Source of the DNA: a virus
Strand: one strand, 5' to 3'
IMG/VR virus record: IMGVR_UViG_3300030333_008051
Coordinates: 1 to 64,000 of that record
Length of the DNA stretch: 64,000 bases
Below are positions 27,019-37,900 of this stretch, one piece after another (the stretch's first letter is position 1; each line of letters starts with the position of its first letter). The position numbers were made by a program, and so were the translations under genes. The notes beneath the pieces are model-generated. The model saw only the letters and a list, made by a program, of their open reading frames with translations, made no database searches and was not told the DNA's origin.

Positions 27019-29162
27019 TATCTCACCATGATTGCTAACATGTTGCCATGTGGTAGGAGGACGCCATCCTTCACTATTCTTAATGAATAGTAGTAAATTT
27101 TATTTGATGTAAGTCCTGCGTCAGTATATTTTACAGTTGCTTCTGGTGGATTTTCAATCTTATCGATGAATGTCCACTCGTCCACCTGGTTTTCTCTTCT
27201 ATACAAGTTGTAAGTTAAGTTTGGGCCTTCCCATGTCATGCTAAGTGTTACTGTATTTTCAGCATCAGACTGGCCAGTTAGCTGAGCTTTTTCATAAACC
27301 CAGTCAATCACAGAATGAACACCTTGATTAGTGTAAGCCTTCAACATTCTTTCAGCTTTACCTTTTGTTAATACACCACCATAATCTTCAAGAAGAGTTA
27401 CTGGCGCGTTTATAACAATTACTGAATTTTCAGGAACTTCTTGGCCTTGCTTACCATAACCTAAATGCGACTGGAGAACTTTTGGATTTGCCCTTATTGC
27501 ATCTTCAAAATAATCTTCACTAACTACTGCACCTGGTCTTCTCACATCAATGATAAGAGAATCTTCTTCTTCAGCAACATCAAGAACTACCACTTCTGCA
27601 AGTATGTAATAATGGTAATCGTTATAGTATGGTACACAATAATCGTGTAGAAACGTTCCAGTTTCTACAGCAGAATTGTATTTCTTTCCAATAATTGAAA
27701 ATGGATTTGGACTTCCGTCATCATTTAAGGGTTGAAGATTTGGATGATCTCTTCCAAGATTTTGAGAAGTCTCAACTATAATTCCAGCTCTATCAACCTT
27801 TATGTAATGTACTGCCTTATCGTTGCTATTTGCATCTGGATGCATATAAAATACATACATATGATCTAGCACATCTTTTCTTTGAATTGGATTGAAATCT
27901 ATTGAATTGTATTGCAAATCATGGCTTTCGTAAAAGTAGCTAGCATAGTAAGTGTCTTGTGGATCAAGCTCAACATTTAGCAAAACAAATCCGTTTTGAT
28001 TATCCCATGAAGTTATTTTATCAGCTTCGTAAAAAACGTTATCTGCGTTTACAACAACATTTTCTATCGAAGATGGCAACTCTTCCACTTTGAATGCTCT
28101 TTTTCCGTCTAAAGATCCATCAGTTGTATATGCCGTTTTCAATATACCATTCTCATCATAGACGTATATAGTTATGTGTTTACCAGATGGTGAATCGATA
28201 GCAGTGTTTGGTCTAGTAGTTACAAGGGTATTTCTATTTACATACAGCATCCTTCTGTATGGAGCATAAACATATGGCTTTGCTGGAGCAAACGGTTGCA
28301 AATCATATTCAGGTAAATAATATCTACGTAACTCTCCGTTCACTATTGCGGTTATATCACCGTCTGTAAAACCAATATTCCAAGCAGTATCAGGATCTCT
28401 TGCAGGAGGGTGTAGGGTAGTTATCATTGACATTGCAAGCGGCTTTACATACCATGTGCCAGCCTCGTTAAAATAAAAAGTATAACCACTTGAATTTTTT
28501 TCTCTCGTGTAGATGGGATACTCTGTAGTAAGAGTACCAGCATCTGGTCCAGTTAAAATAATATCTTCCCAATCAGCTTCTTTTGCTGCTGGAGTAGGAT
28601 TTAGCAATACGTGACTAGTCTCACCATCTTCATTGGAGGAAACCACGAAATGTAGCCTAAAAGCCCCGGTGTCTGGATTAAAATAATTCTGGAAATTGGT
28701 ATATATTACATCTCCGTCAATATCTATTTTGTAACCAGTCTCAACATCTGTTTTATTTCCACCACTAGATACTTCGATATGAGCTTCAATTGTACGCTCT
28801 GGCAACTTATGTTTAAAAAACAAAGGCTTTATTTTACCCGAAGGATCAACTATTGTTTCTCTAGTAAGTGCAATCTTCTTGTACTTACTACTATAAGAAG
28901 CTGCAACAACTTCAGTCCATGATACATCATCTGCATTAAATTCAAAATCATTATCAGGAATTGTGTAAGTCTTATCTACTATCTGAATATTTTTCCAAGA
29001 GTCTATTGGCTCTGATTCGTAGTAGGCAATTGGAATACTACTGTCAGCAATAACCTCAGTATAAATAAACTTCTCTATATACTTTTGCACATGCGCAGAT
29101 ATAGGCAATATCTGCGTTTGCTTTGGTCCGTGAGAAATTAACTCTAAGGTTACTGAGGGCAC
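27018..29162 (-). CDS. Virion protein with C-terminal FN3-like domain
   Basis: VTLSMTW..YNLYRR..YTDAGLTSNKIYYYSLR is an FN3 pattern; GTG start with GGAG. Confidence 0.7.
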   Translation of the reverse strand: MPSVTLELISHGPKQTQILPISAHVQKYIEKFIYTEVIADSSIPIAYYESEPIDSWKNIQIVDKTYTIPDNDFEFNADDVSWTEVVAASYSSKYKKIALTRETIVDPSGKIKPLFFKHKLPERTIEAHIEVSSGGNKTDVETGYKIDIDGDVIYTNFQNYFNPDTGAFRLHFVVSSNEDGETSHVLLNPTPAAKEADWEDIILTGPDAGTLTTEYPIYTREKNSSGYTFYFNEAGTWYVKPLAMSMITTLHPPARDPDTAWNIGFTDGDITAIVNGELRRYYLPEYDLQPFAPAKPYVYAPYRRMLYVNRNTLVTTRPNTAIDSPSGKHITIYVYDENGILKTAYTTDGSLDGKRAFKVEELPSSIENVVVNADNVFYEADKITSWDNQNGFVLLNVELDPQDTYYASYFYESHDLQYNSIDFNPIQRKDVLDHMYVFYMHPDANSNDKAVHYIKVDRAGIIVETSQNLGRDHPNLQPLNDDGSPNPFSIIGKKYNSAVETGTFLHDYCVPYYNDYHYYILAEVVVLDVAEEEDSLIIDVRRPGAVVSEDYFEDAIRANPKVLQSHLGYGKQGQEVPENSVIVINAPVTLLEDYGGVLTKGKAERMLKAYTNQGVHSVIDWVYEKAQLTGQSDAENTVTLSMTWEGPNLTYNLYRRENQVDEWTFIDKIENPPEATVKYTDAGLTSNKIYYYSLRIVKDGVLLPHGNMLAIMVR

Positions 29163-29170
29163 AACTACTC

Positions 29171-32100
29171 CTATTTAACGCCAACGGCGACTAGAGCTTG
29201 ATGCCACTCTGAGCCATCATCCATTACTGCCTTGCGAGGCTTACTCAGAATTGTGCCAATTGCACTTTTGTAATCATCAAAAGATATTTCTGCTGGATCT
29301 ACAGCCGTAACCCATGTATGCTCAGCGGGAATTATCAAATCTCCCATTTTTGCTGGTCCCTTAATAGCTGTTTGAATTTGACCAATAAACGATACGCATT
29401 CGTAGGGTCTCAAAGCGATGTTATCCAATGCATTACCAGCAACCGCCATACTTCTTGTAACAAGCATCGCTCTTCCGGGACCATATTTCCAAAAACGAGC
29501 ACCATTATAATCGTTTTCCTCATCGCTTCTTACCCACACTAAAGTTCCTTCTGGCAAACCAATTGGTTTTCGCTTACTAGACTGTATATTTATATTTTCT
29601 TTAAACTTCTCTTCATCTACATCCCAAAGTGGATTGTCGGAACAATCCGCCCATTCTTCGGGATCTCCAGCAAGCATAAATTCGCCAAAGTCACTACCAC
29701 CAGTAACAAAAACAACAGCACCATTGAAAGGTCGTTCTTGGAGGTTACCTGAAGGATTATAAAAATAACCACCAGCTGAAGCAAATCCAGCTTCAGTCCA
29801 CCACCCACCAACTTCGTCTGTTCTAGGGAAGCAAGTAAAACTTCCAAGACCTCCGCCATGAGACCCCCCTTCAGTCAGCAGTCCACCAGGAATATCATCA
29901 TCGGTGTCGATGTTTTCCGTTTTACCTTCGTCACACTGGAATTGCAAAAAAGTAGCTTGGTCGTAACCTAATGAATTTGCCCCTCTGTACTCATAGTGCA
30001 ATATAAGCACCCCGCCAGTATTCGAACTGTACTCATCTTTTATTGCATTATTTATGTGTGCAACGTAGCCAGCTGACTTTGGTGCAGTAGCGCTAAAAAC
30101 AGTATCTACGTAAAAGTTCGCTTCCGCTTCAGTTCCCACTCGAAGGCCACTATTATTTTTGGATGTGCCGGTCCACCAGGCTTCGCTCTTGATTATAAAG
30201 TTGTTGCCAGCTTCAGTTCCTTCAAAGCCTCTTAGTAATCCTCGGATATCTGCAGCCGGGCCTTCTTCCCTTTGCTGCAGCGTAATTCCAGACGCATTAC
30301 CTTTAATGTGAACGTGGTCAGTTGCAATAATCTCTACATCCATGCCTGCTTCGATATTTACATTATGTCCTGCTTCAGTGTAGCAAGTCTTTGCAGCTTT
30401 TACGTGAGCGTGTTCTGCAGTCGCCTGCATATAAGCGTTACCCGTATCAGATATTAGCCAAGCGTTGTTGGTTCGGGAACGTGCTAGGAATCGAGCTGAT
30501 GCATCAATATTTATTTGACCACTTGTAGTTCCCATTTTAATATCTTTTTCACTACCCAAACACAAGGTGGGAACTTGCCCATCTGAAGTAAGCGCACCGT
30601 CGACGGCGATGGTCGGGTACACGCTGCTCGGGCCAGCGAATCTTTTACCTCCAGCATCTATAGTTACATTTCCTGAACCATGAATATTTACACATCCAGC
30701 CGAATCAACTGCGCCAGTCTGGAATCCTCTTTTACTCTTAATTTTAAGAGAACCATTATCTTGCCATATAGCTGGAGCAGCTTGGTGAAAATCGGTCCCC
30801 ATTGTGCCTGGTTTCCCACCGAAGACAATTCCATAGCTATAATCTCTAGCTGTATTATCTGGTGTAGTCTGCAAAATGGTGCCTGGGGTGCCCACTCCAG
30901 TACTTAAGTTAGTTCTACCTAAAACAAGAGTTCCTCTCATGGCGTTTTTGTCATTCTGGTCGCTTTCATCATCAACGTAGCCATCTCTGTGGAGGTATTG
31001 AGGCATCCAGTTTCCCGGGTGTAGCGATTTAACGTAAGGACCTTTGTCATCAGTGGTTGGAGATCCGATAATACCACCACCACCTTGCTCATATATTCCA
31101 ATAATATCTTTTATGTGGATTTGTGGCTCACCGTATCTGCCGTCATGCCTGTGGTGGTTCGCTTTCCATCTTAAGTCTCTGATCGCTCCAGTAATTGTTG
31201 CTCCGATTGTAATAATTGAAAAAGAGCTTGCGGTATCAAGAGTTACATTCTTTACTTGAATTGTATTTGGAGTATTGTAAATATAAACTGCGTCATTATG
31301 AATCTTTCCAGTAGAATTATCCCTTATGTAAAGGAAGCCTTCAGGTATGGTTTCTCCAGTAGTGAAATTGTCCTGAAGCACTTTTGGCAGATACAGTTGC
31401 TTGTTGTAGTTTACATCTTTAGCATCTAGCGCCACTGTAACTGATTCTTCATCGAAAACACCTTCGCTTGATTTTCCGTAAGTAGCAGTTGGTAGCGTCA
31501 CTATATAGGAATCGCCAAACAAAGTTGCAGTACATCCTGCACCGCCATTAAAAATTTGATTTGGATCTGGTATTACATTGAAGGTTGAGCCTTGTACTCC
31601 CGAACCTGTTCCCCAACTAACGGGTTTTGTCGTGTAGTTGATATAAACGGTAGCACCAGCAGGAACGGGAGTCCAAACAGTAAGACGACCTTCAGTATCT
31701 ATGCACCAGTCACCATGACTTTTAACATTCTCATGATTGAGTTCTTGATTGAGAAAATAGATCGCCCCAGAACCAGTGAAATTTACATATGGCCATATGA
31801 TGTTATCTGGTCGATATTTGGTATGAAATTCTCTTTTAGGAAACAATGCAGTATCTAATTGTTCGCCAGCAATTGTTGCGACATAGACGCTACTTCCGGG
31901 AACAGCGGCAGGTTCTGGACCAAAGTTTGATAATATATCTGGATTCAGATTGCTTGCTGGACCAATCAATCTGGCAACATTTGGTATGTCAAGAAAAGCT
32001 CCGTTAGCAGCATCGCCAGAATCAGCACCATTTAAAGCTCCTGCATCTGTAAGATCTCTTCCCATTGGAAGAGTTAACTTGGTAGGATCTGCATCACTGT

Positions 32101-32260
32101 AGGGCCAAGATTCGCCCCAGATATCACCTACCGCCTTTTCTAACTCTGATGCTGCTCTTTCAAGTTGTACCCCTATTGCATTAAACTTGTCAGCTGTTGG
32201 CTGTTCTCCAGCAACAAACTCGGGTACAACGCTGACTCCAGCTTTTTTCTTATCTGCCAT
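29171..32260 (-). CDS. Tail fibre/spike with beta-helix repeats and C-terminal autochaperone-like domain
   Basis: HRHDG metal motif; ~8-aa repeats (..YTEAGHNVNIEAGMDVEIIA..); C-terminal SDFGEFM..VSFIGQI...IKGP.KMGDLII..IGTIL resembles Peptidase_G2-type chaperones. Confidence 0.7.
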   Translation of the reverse strand: MADKKKAGVSVVPEFVAGEQPTADKFNAIGVQLERAASELEKAVGDIWGESWPYSDADPTKLTLPMGRDLTDAGALNGADSGDAANGAFLDIPNVARLIGPASNLNPDILSNFGPEPAAVPGSSVYVATIAGEQLDTALFPKREFHTKYRPDNIIWPYVNFTGSGAIYFLNQELNHENVKSHGDWCIDTEGRLTVWTPVPAGATVYINYTTKPVSWGTGSGVQGSTFNVIPDPNQIFNGGAGCTATLFGDSYIVTLPTATYGKSSEGVFDEESVTVALDAKDVNYNKQLYLPKVLQDNFTTGETIPEGFLYIRDNSTGKIHNDAVYIYNTPNTIQVKNVTLDTASSFSIITIGATITGAIRDLRWKANHHRHDGRYGEPQIHIKDIIGIYEQGGGGIIGSPTTDDKGPYVKSLHPGNWMPQYLHRDGYVDDESDQNDKNAMRGTLVLGRTNLSTGVGTPGTILQTTPDNTARDYSYGIVFGGKPGTMGTDFHQAAPAIWQDNGSLKIKSKRGFQTGAVDSAGCVNIHGSGNVTIDAGGKRFAGPSSVYPTIAVDGALTSDGQVPTLCLGSEKDIKMGTTSGQINIDASARFLARSRTNNAWLISDTGNAYMQATAEHAHVKAAKTCYTEAGHNVNIEAGMDVEIIATDHVHIKGNASGITLQQREEGPAADIRGLLRGFEGTEAGNNFIIKSEAWWTGTSKNNSGLRVGTEAEANFYVDTVFSATAPKSAGYVAHINNAIKDEYSSNTGGVLILHYEYRGANSLGYDQATFLQFQCDEGKTENIDTDDDIPGGLLTEGGSHGGGLGSFTCFPRTDEVGGWWTEAGFASAGGYFYNPSGNLQERPFNGAVVFVTGGSDFGEFMLAGDPEEWADCSDNPLWDVDEEKFKENINIQSSKRKPIGLPEGTLVWVRSDEENDYNGARFWKYGPGRAMLVTRSMAVAGNALDNIALRPYECVSFIGQIQTAIKGPAKMGDLIIPAEHTWVTAVDPAEISFDDYKSAIGTILSKPRKAVMDDGSEWHQALVAVGVK

Positions 32261-32262
32261 TT

Positions 32263-34914
32263 TTAATATCCTCTACTAGTTGGCGTAACGAAGAGATTGT
32301 AAGAGTTCACTCCGCTTGCTTTTGGATTTATAGTTATAAAATTTGCTCCTTCAATACCGGTTGCATAATTGAAATCTTCTGTAATGAAAGTAAAACCGTA
32401 CGGAATTGGCAATGCAGGATTGCTTTTATCAACTCCGTTGAGGTAAGCGGGTAAATCCAATCTTATTCTTATTGTGTTTGAAGTAATTATTCTACCAGAG
32501 ACAGGATCTCTTGCATAGGCATGAAATCTAACCATGTCTGGTATAACTGCAATATAGCCACCTAAATTACTATCCTGATCATATGGTCCGGGAATTGGCA
32601 AATGCCTTCCATTAAAAGTCATTGAAGTATTTTGTACATTGTCTGGTCTTAACGGAAAGTAGGCGCCCATAGATAAATCGTTCGGGTTTGGAACGTCTTC
32701 TCTCCATTCATAGAGTACTACCCTAACTCCATCAAGAAATGTTCCGTTCCACTCTTTAGCTTCTCGCTCATAAATCCAGGCATGAGATAATGCAGTAGCA
32801 CCCTCGATACCTGGTATGCTCTTTGTTAAAACTATTTTTGCGCCATCATTGTAACCGTCTGAGTAATAGCGTGGAATAACTTCTGCTATCTCTCTTCTGT
32901 ATTTTATAGTCGAACCACCGGAAGTTACTAAAATATCTACGTATCCTCCTTCGTAACTATCAACTGGTCTATCAAGGAACCCTTCAATATCAAAAGAAGA
33001 AAATCCAAGAAAAGTTCCGTCGTCAAAACTAGTTATCATCTGTCCACTTCCAGGAATACACTTAACCTTGTTTCCTGAACTTCCAACGATTGGGTCGTGC
33101 TTAAGCACCTGAAAGACAGTTACATCTTCTGGATAGACGCCTGGCGGTCTTTCTTCAAAAGTCATAACAGTGTCAGCTCCAGAGTGGCTGACACTCTTTA
33201 TTCTTGTTGATACAGATTCCCAGTCATATGGAGAGTTATAAATTGCACATATTTGTCCTGCACTGTTAGTTAGCTCAGTATAGCTAGACATAGTTCCATT
33301 CAGCGCACCAACGTCTCCAGGATCTAAGACTATAGTTGTTTCTATGTCTTCTACTGGATTTCCATAAGAGTCATAAACAGTTGCGCACAACTGTGCGAAA
33401 TCTGTGCCGTAATACACGGGACCATGCAGATTTCCACCAAGCAAATCTGCAGAAGTCTCCAGGATGATATGGTCTACATGTGTTTCTACTGGTGATATCT
33501 GTATAATTTTGTTTGAAGTAGCATTCCTGACTGGCTTAACATCTAGCCATTTGGATTTGTTTGCAGTTCTGTACTCGTGATCTGTGGTTTCATATTGTAC
33601 TCTTGGTACCGCAGTATATTTTAGATAAAAATTAATTGAGTCAGGATAAGATTTGCCATGCTTATTGTCTTTGATAGTTGAATAAGCTGAATGTGATTCG
33701 GGTATAGTTCCACCATAACCCCTTACGCAATCATAAAATGAATTCATTCCCCTGTAATAGTAAAGGATTTTTTCACTACCAATAGTTATGATACCCTGCT
33801 CTGGATAGCTACTGGAAGTATAGAAGTCAGGCAAGAATGGAATTTCTGTATCGCTTGCAGAAATATCAGATTTCAAAACAAGGTCTGGGGATTGATAACC
33901 ACCAATATTTATAATTCCAAGATCAGTATCAACGGTATAGTGCGGATCGTCTGGTCCTGAGAAATCAAGATTCTCAACTCTTGTTAAAACTTGATAGTTG
34001 TTGTGAACATCAACTGCTATAACTTCTAGTGAATCGCTAACGATTGGAAAATACTTAGTAAAGCAACTTCTTCCAGAACTGTTACCTGGCCCACAATCTT
34101 CGTATGTTCCCTTAACAACATCTTCTGTTATTGAGATCCCGTTGTGATCTCCAACTTTTATTTGATAATCTCCATTAATTCTTAAAATATTTAGATCATC
34201 TTCTACTTCTTCTATAAGAAACTCTTGCTTTCTTTCCGCTATATTATCCCATATAATTTTTCCATCTTCTCCAACAGTTGACAACCTAGTGTTAGTAGCT
34301 TCGTCTATTTTGCCAGTAAAGTTTTGCACAAACTCAAAATTATACTTTGGTCTCTTAACAAGCTCACTGTCTCTCTCGAACAAAACGACACTAACTGTAT
34401 CTTCTACGCAGTCTTTTCTTAATGAAAGTTTATGACATCCACCTTCGTTGAGCAATGGGTCGATTTTTGTTGCAAAAGAAAAGTCTGAATACAATCTAAC
34501 TTGATCCCAGAAAATGGCATAATTCCCTGTCTTGACCACAGGGGTCCAAGTTAAATGATTGCCTCTTCTAATCTTAACTAAGTGAGAATAGTCTAGACCA
34601 TTGACATAACCGGACTGCCACCACTTTTGGATTACGCCTTCTTTTAGACCATGCTTGTGACCACCCAAATATGTGTCGTACAAAGTTTCAGTTCTTTGTC
34701 TATTTTCCAGTACTCTTCTGTCCCAGAAGAATCCGCCCATAGCATAGTCTGGACTGTAAACACCTGTTAACGGAACTATTTCGTAAATGTTCGATACTAC
34801 ATTCTCTACAGTTAGTACGTCTACGGTTTCTTTTTTCGATATAAATTCTGATGGACTGCTAGAAAGACCACCAGTGACTAAGAAGCCAGAACCTAAACCA
34901 CCTGTGATAATCAT
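32263..34914 (-). CDS. Virion protein with bacterial Ig-like (Big_1) domain
   Basis: LCATVYDSYGNPVEDI..TNSAGQICAIY is Big_1-like; GIITIGSEKILY..CVRGYGGT...H is a common phage structural motif. Confidence 0.65.
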   Translation of the reverse strand: MIITGGLGSGFLVTGGLSSSPSEFISKKETVDVLTVENVVSNIYEIVPLTGVYSPDYAMGGFFWDRRVLENRQRTETLYDTYLGGHKHGLKEGVIQKWWQSGYVNGLDYSHLVKIRRGNHLTWTPVVKTGNYAIFWDQVRLYSDFSFATKIDPLLNEGGCHKLSLRKDCVEDTVSVVLFERDSELVKRPKYNFEFVQNFTGKIDEATNTRLSTVGEDGKIIWDNIAERKQEFLIEEVEDDLNILRINGDYQIKVGDHNGISITEDVVKGTYEDCGPGNSSGRSCFTKYFPIVSDSLEVIAVDVHNNYQVLTRVENLDFSGPDDPHYTVDTDLGIINIGGYQSPDLVLKSDISASDTEIPFLPDFYTSSSYPEQGIITIGSEKILYYYRGMNSFYDCVRGYGGTIPESHSAYSTIKDNKHGKSYPDSINFYLKYTAVPRVQYETTDHEYRTANKSKWLDVKPVRNATSNKIIQISPVETHVDHIILETSADLLGGNLHGPVYYGTDFAQLCATVYDSYGNPVEDIETTIVLDPGDVGALNGTMSSYTELTNSAGQICAIYNSPYDWESVSTRIKSVSHSGADTVMTFEERPPGVYPEDVTVFQVLKHDPIVGSSGNKVKCIPGSGQMITSFDDGTFLGFSSFDIEGFLDRPVDSYEGGYVDILVTSGGSTIKYRREIAEVIPRYYSDGYNDGAKIVLTKSIPGIEGATALSHAWIYEREAKEWNGTFLDGVRVVLYEWREDVPNPNDLSMGAYFPLRPDNVQNTSMTFNGRHLPIPGPYDQDSNLGGYIAVIPDMVRFHAYARDPVSGRIITSNTIRIRLDLPAYLNGVDKSNPALPIPYGFTFITEDFNYATGIEGANFITINPKASGVNSYNLFVTPTSRGY

Positions 34915-34956
34915 GTATTACCTCTTTAACAACTAAAACTCTACACAGAGCACTAC

Positions 34957-37900
34957 TTATGAACTAGGGACTCTAGAAAATGGTGCAGTATCTGTGCGCT
35001 TTCCTGCCTTATCAAACAAATCGAACTCTGCTATTTTTGTGACTTTATCACTCTTGTAAAGAGTGAGCTTCTTATTAGAAATCTCCCACTTTCCGGTTTC
35101 AACTTCTTTTAGTAAATCTACTGTATCTTTGATAGAAGTGGTCGTCGTGGTAAGACTGTCTAGAGATGATTGGATGGCAACAAGTTTTGCAGTATCAGTT
35201 CCTGCGGCAGAGTTTATCGACTGAGTCCAGCCGTGAATCTCCCCTATCTTCGCAGCATTAGAGTGCTGCGATCTATCGTTATTGCTGATATGCAGATGAG
35301 TATATCTTTCGTTGTTATTTAAGGTGGCACCACCAGTGAAAGCTGCGGGTATAGTTATATCTCCGCCAGCAACATTTGTAGTAATACTGGTATTTCCTGC
35401 AGTGCCATGATTATACATACTTAAAGCAAGAGCTCCGGTTGAAGAGTTTGGCGTACATATGATTAAACTTCCATGTCCGTTTGTAGTGTTTTCGATTGCT
35501 CCTTGAAGAGCATCTCGAATTTCTGTTACAGCGTCAAGGGCAGCATTGCTGGCATCATATAAAGCTACGCCGACATTACTGCCGACAAGTGAACCGTTTA
35601 CATCTTTTCCAGTTGTGAAATTGTCTACAGTTAGTCTGCTGTTTATAAGAGTAGTTGAGTTGGTTTTATTGCCTGCAGTACCGGCCGTACCTTGCACAAG
35701 TTTTACAATCGGGTTGCTTCCGCTTGTGTCCAATGTGGCAGCAATAGTTCCATTGTGACCATTTGCGTGCACAATTGCTTTTCTTATTTCTTCTGCAATT
35801 GTATCTTTTGTAGTAAGGCCTTTGGTACCAATAACAATATTTCCATTATCCAATGTTCCTGTCGGATCGACACCACCGCTAAAATTAGCTTTTGTAAGGT
35901 GCAAGTGATTAACACCACTAATAGCAATACTTTTATCTCCCGCAGTACCACCTACAGCTTGTGTAAGATCTAGTCTCAAAGGAGAGGTTCCAGCATCGAC
36001 TGCAGCAATTGTTGCGTTATGCCCAGTTGAACCTACAAGCGCAGCCTTGAACTGCGCTCTTAAATCAGATGCTGTAGTAATCCCGTGAATACCTACAAGT
36101 ACATAAGTATTTAAAACTTTTCCAGTGGCATATTTTCCACCTGAAAAACTTTCGTCAAGTTCAGTTTTTAGCCCGTCATCCATTCCGTTTGTATGGGTGA
36201 TACTTGTGTCTCCATCCGCACCAGTTGTAGCTTGGGTTAATTTTACTTGCCAATTTTCATTGTCGGACTCGGTAAATGCAGATGGGGCAGCTGAAGTAAA
36301 TGTGCCTGTAGAGCTTATAGTGGTCTTGCCGGCATCATTGTATTCGCTTTGCCTAATTACAAATGCGTTGGCATTTTGTTGCGTAACAACAAAAGTACTT
36401 CCATGCCCAACTGTAGAGTTGATTGCATTTTTTAAAGTAGTTATTTGATCGCCAGTTGTTGAACGCCTAGCTATGTAAACTCTATTTTCGACAGATTCAG
36501 AAAACGCAGTTCCAAGTGTTGCCCAGCCCCAATTTCCAGTTTTTGTAATACTTGTGCTTCCTGCAGCGCCTGGCTGACTCTGAAACATCAATACATTATT
36601 AGATGCATCAGTTTCAAAACGAATTGTTCCGTTATGCCCAGCTGAACCTAGAATACCAACTTCCATCATGTCGCCCATCATGCCAACTGTATTTGCTTTA
36701 TGTATAGCTATGTTTCCATTTGGCAAAGCAGCACCATTTGCTGCTCCACCAGTAAAAGTTGCAGGTGGATTGACACTTGTAGAATTCTCAAAATTTCCGG
36801 ACGTTGTGATTGTAGTATTGCCTGCAGAACCAAAATCTTGAGTAAGAACTACTTGTCCACCTGAAGGGTTGGAAGCAGTAATTGTTGAGCTATTAGTATC
36901 TAGCGCATTTACTGCTTCTACTAAAGATAAAGCTTGAGAAGCAGCAGCTGGTTGTATTCTAAACTTGTGATACTCACCGTTAGCAAAATTTGCTACAGAT
37001 CCACCATTTACTGCACTTGAAAAAGTATTATTTATAGTAACTACTGTATTACCTCTTGGACCATTGAAATCTTGAACAAAAGTTAATGTAGGTAAAGTTT
37101 CGTTATTGTTGTATACAGTTGTAGAAACCTTGTCGGCGCCATTAATGGTTGCTTGCAAGTTTTGAGAAGCTAGTAATGCGCTGCTACCCTTGTTGAACTC
37201 TACGCCACCACCAGTAAAATTATTTACAGTAGTATTTGCAAGGCCTGACGTGATAGTTGTGTTACCGGCCATGCCAGATACAACCTGTGTTAAAGTCAGT
37301 CCACCATTACCATCGTGAGCAACAGTTATTTTGCCGCCGTGGTTATTTGTGTGCTCTATTGCAGCCTTTAATGTATTACCAGATACGGTAGGCCCATTGT
37401 TTGCATCAAACGTGCCGGCAGATGAATTCTCTGATGTTTTTGCAGAATAAGTTTTTGAAGTACCGTCAGTTGATATTATTGTTATTGTTTCGTTAATGTT
37501 GGGGTTGCCAGTAAAAGTAATAGTTGCTTCTGATTTGATATCGTTGCCATTTGTTCCGTTAGTTTTGGCTATAAATGTCTCTTTCTCACCAGCCAGCGAT
37601 TCAATCACAATCTCTGCATTGTGAGTAAAAGCAGAATCTAGCTTAAACTTTGTGAACGCTCCTCCTGAACCATTTGGAGCTAAGCTGGAAGTTGCTATAT
37701 AATCTGTGCGTGGACTGAAGCCATTTACAAAAGCAACTGGTGCAGTCATATTCGCAATGTTATGAGTTATTGGTGTGTTGCCATAATTTGCAACAGCTCC
37801 TGTAGCTGCTTGAGTCAAGCTTAGCACGCCAGACCCATTGTCTGAAACCGTAATTCTTGATGCAGTGTGTCCATTGGCGTGGTCTATTGCGTTCTTTAGA

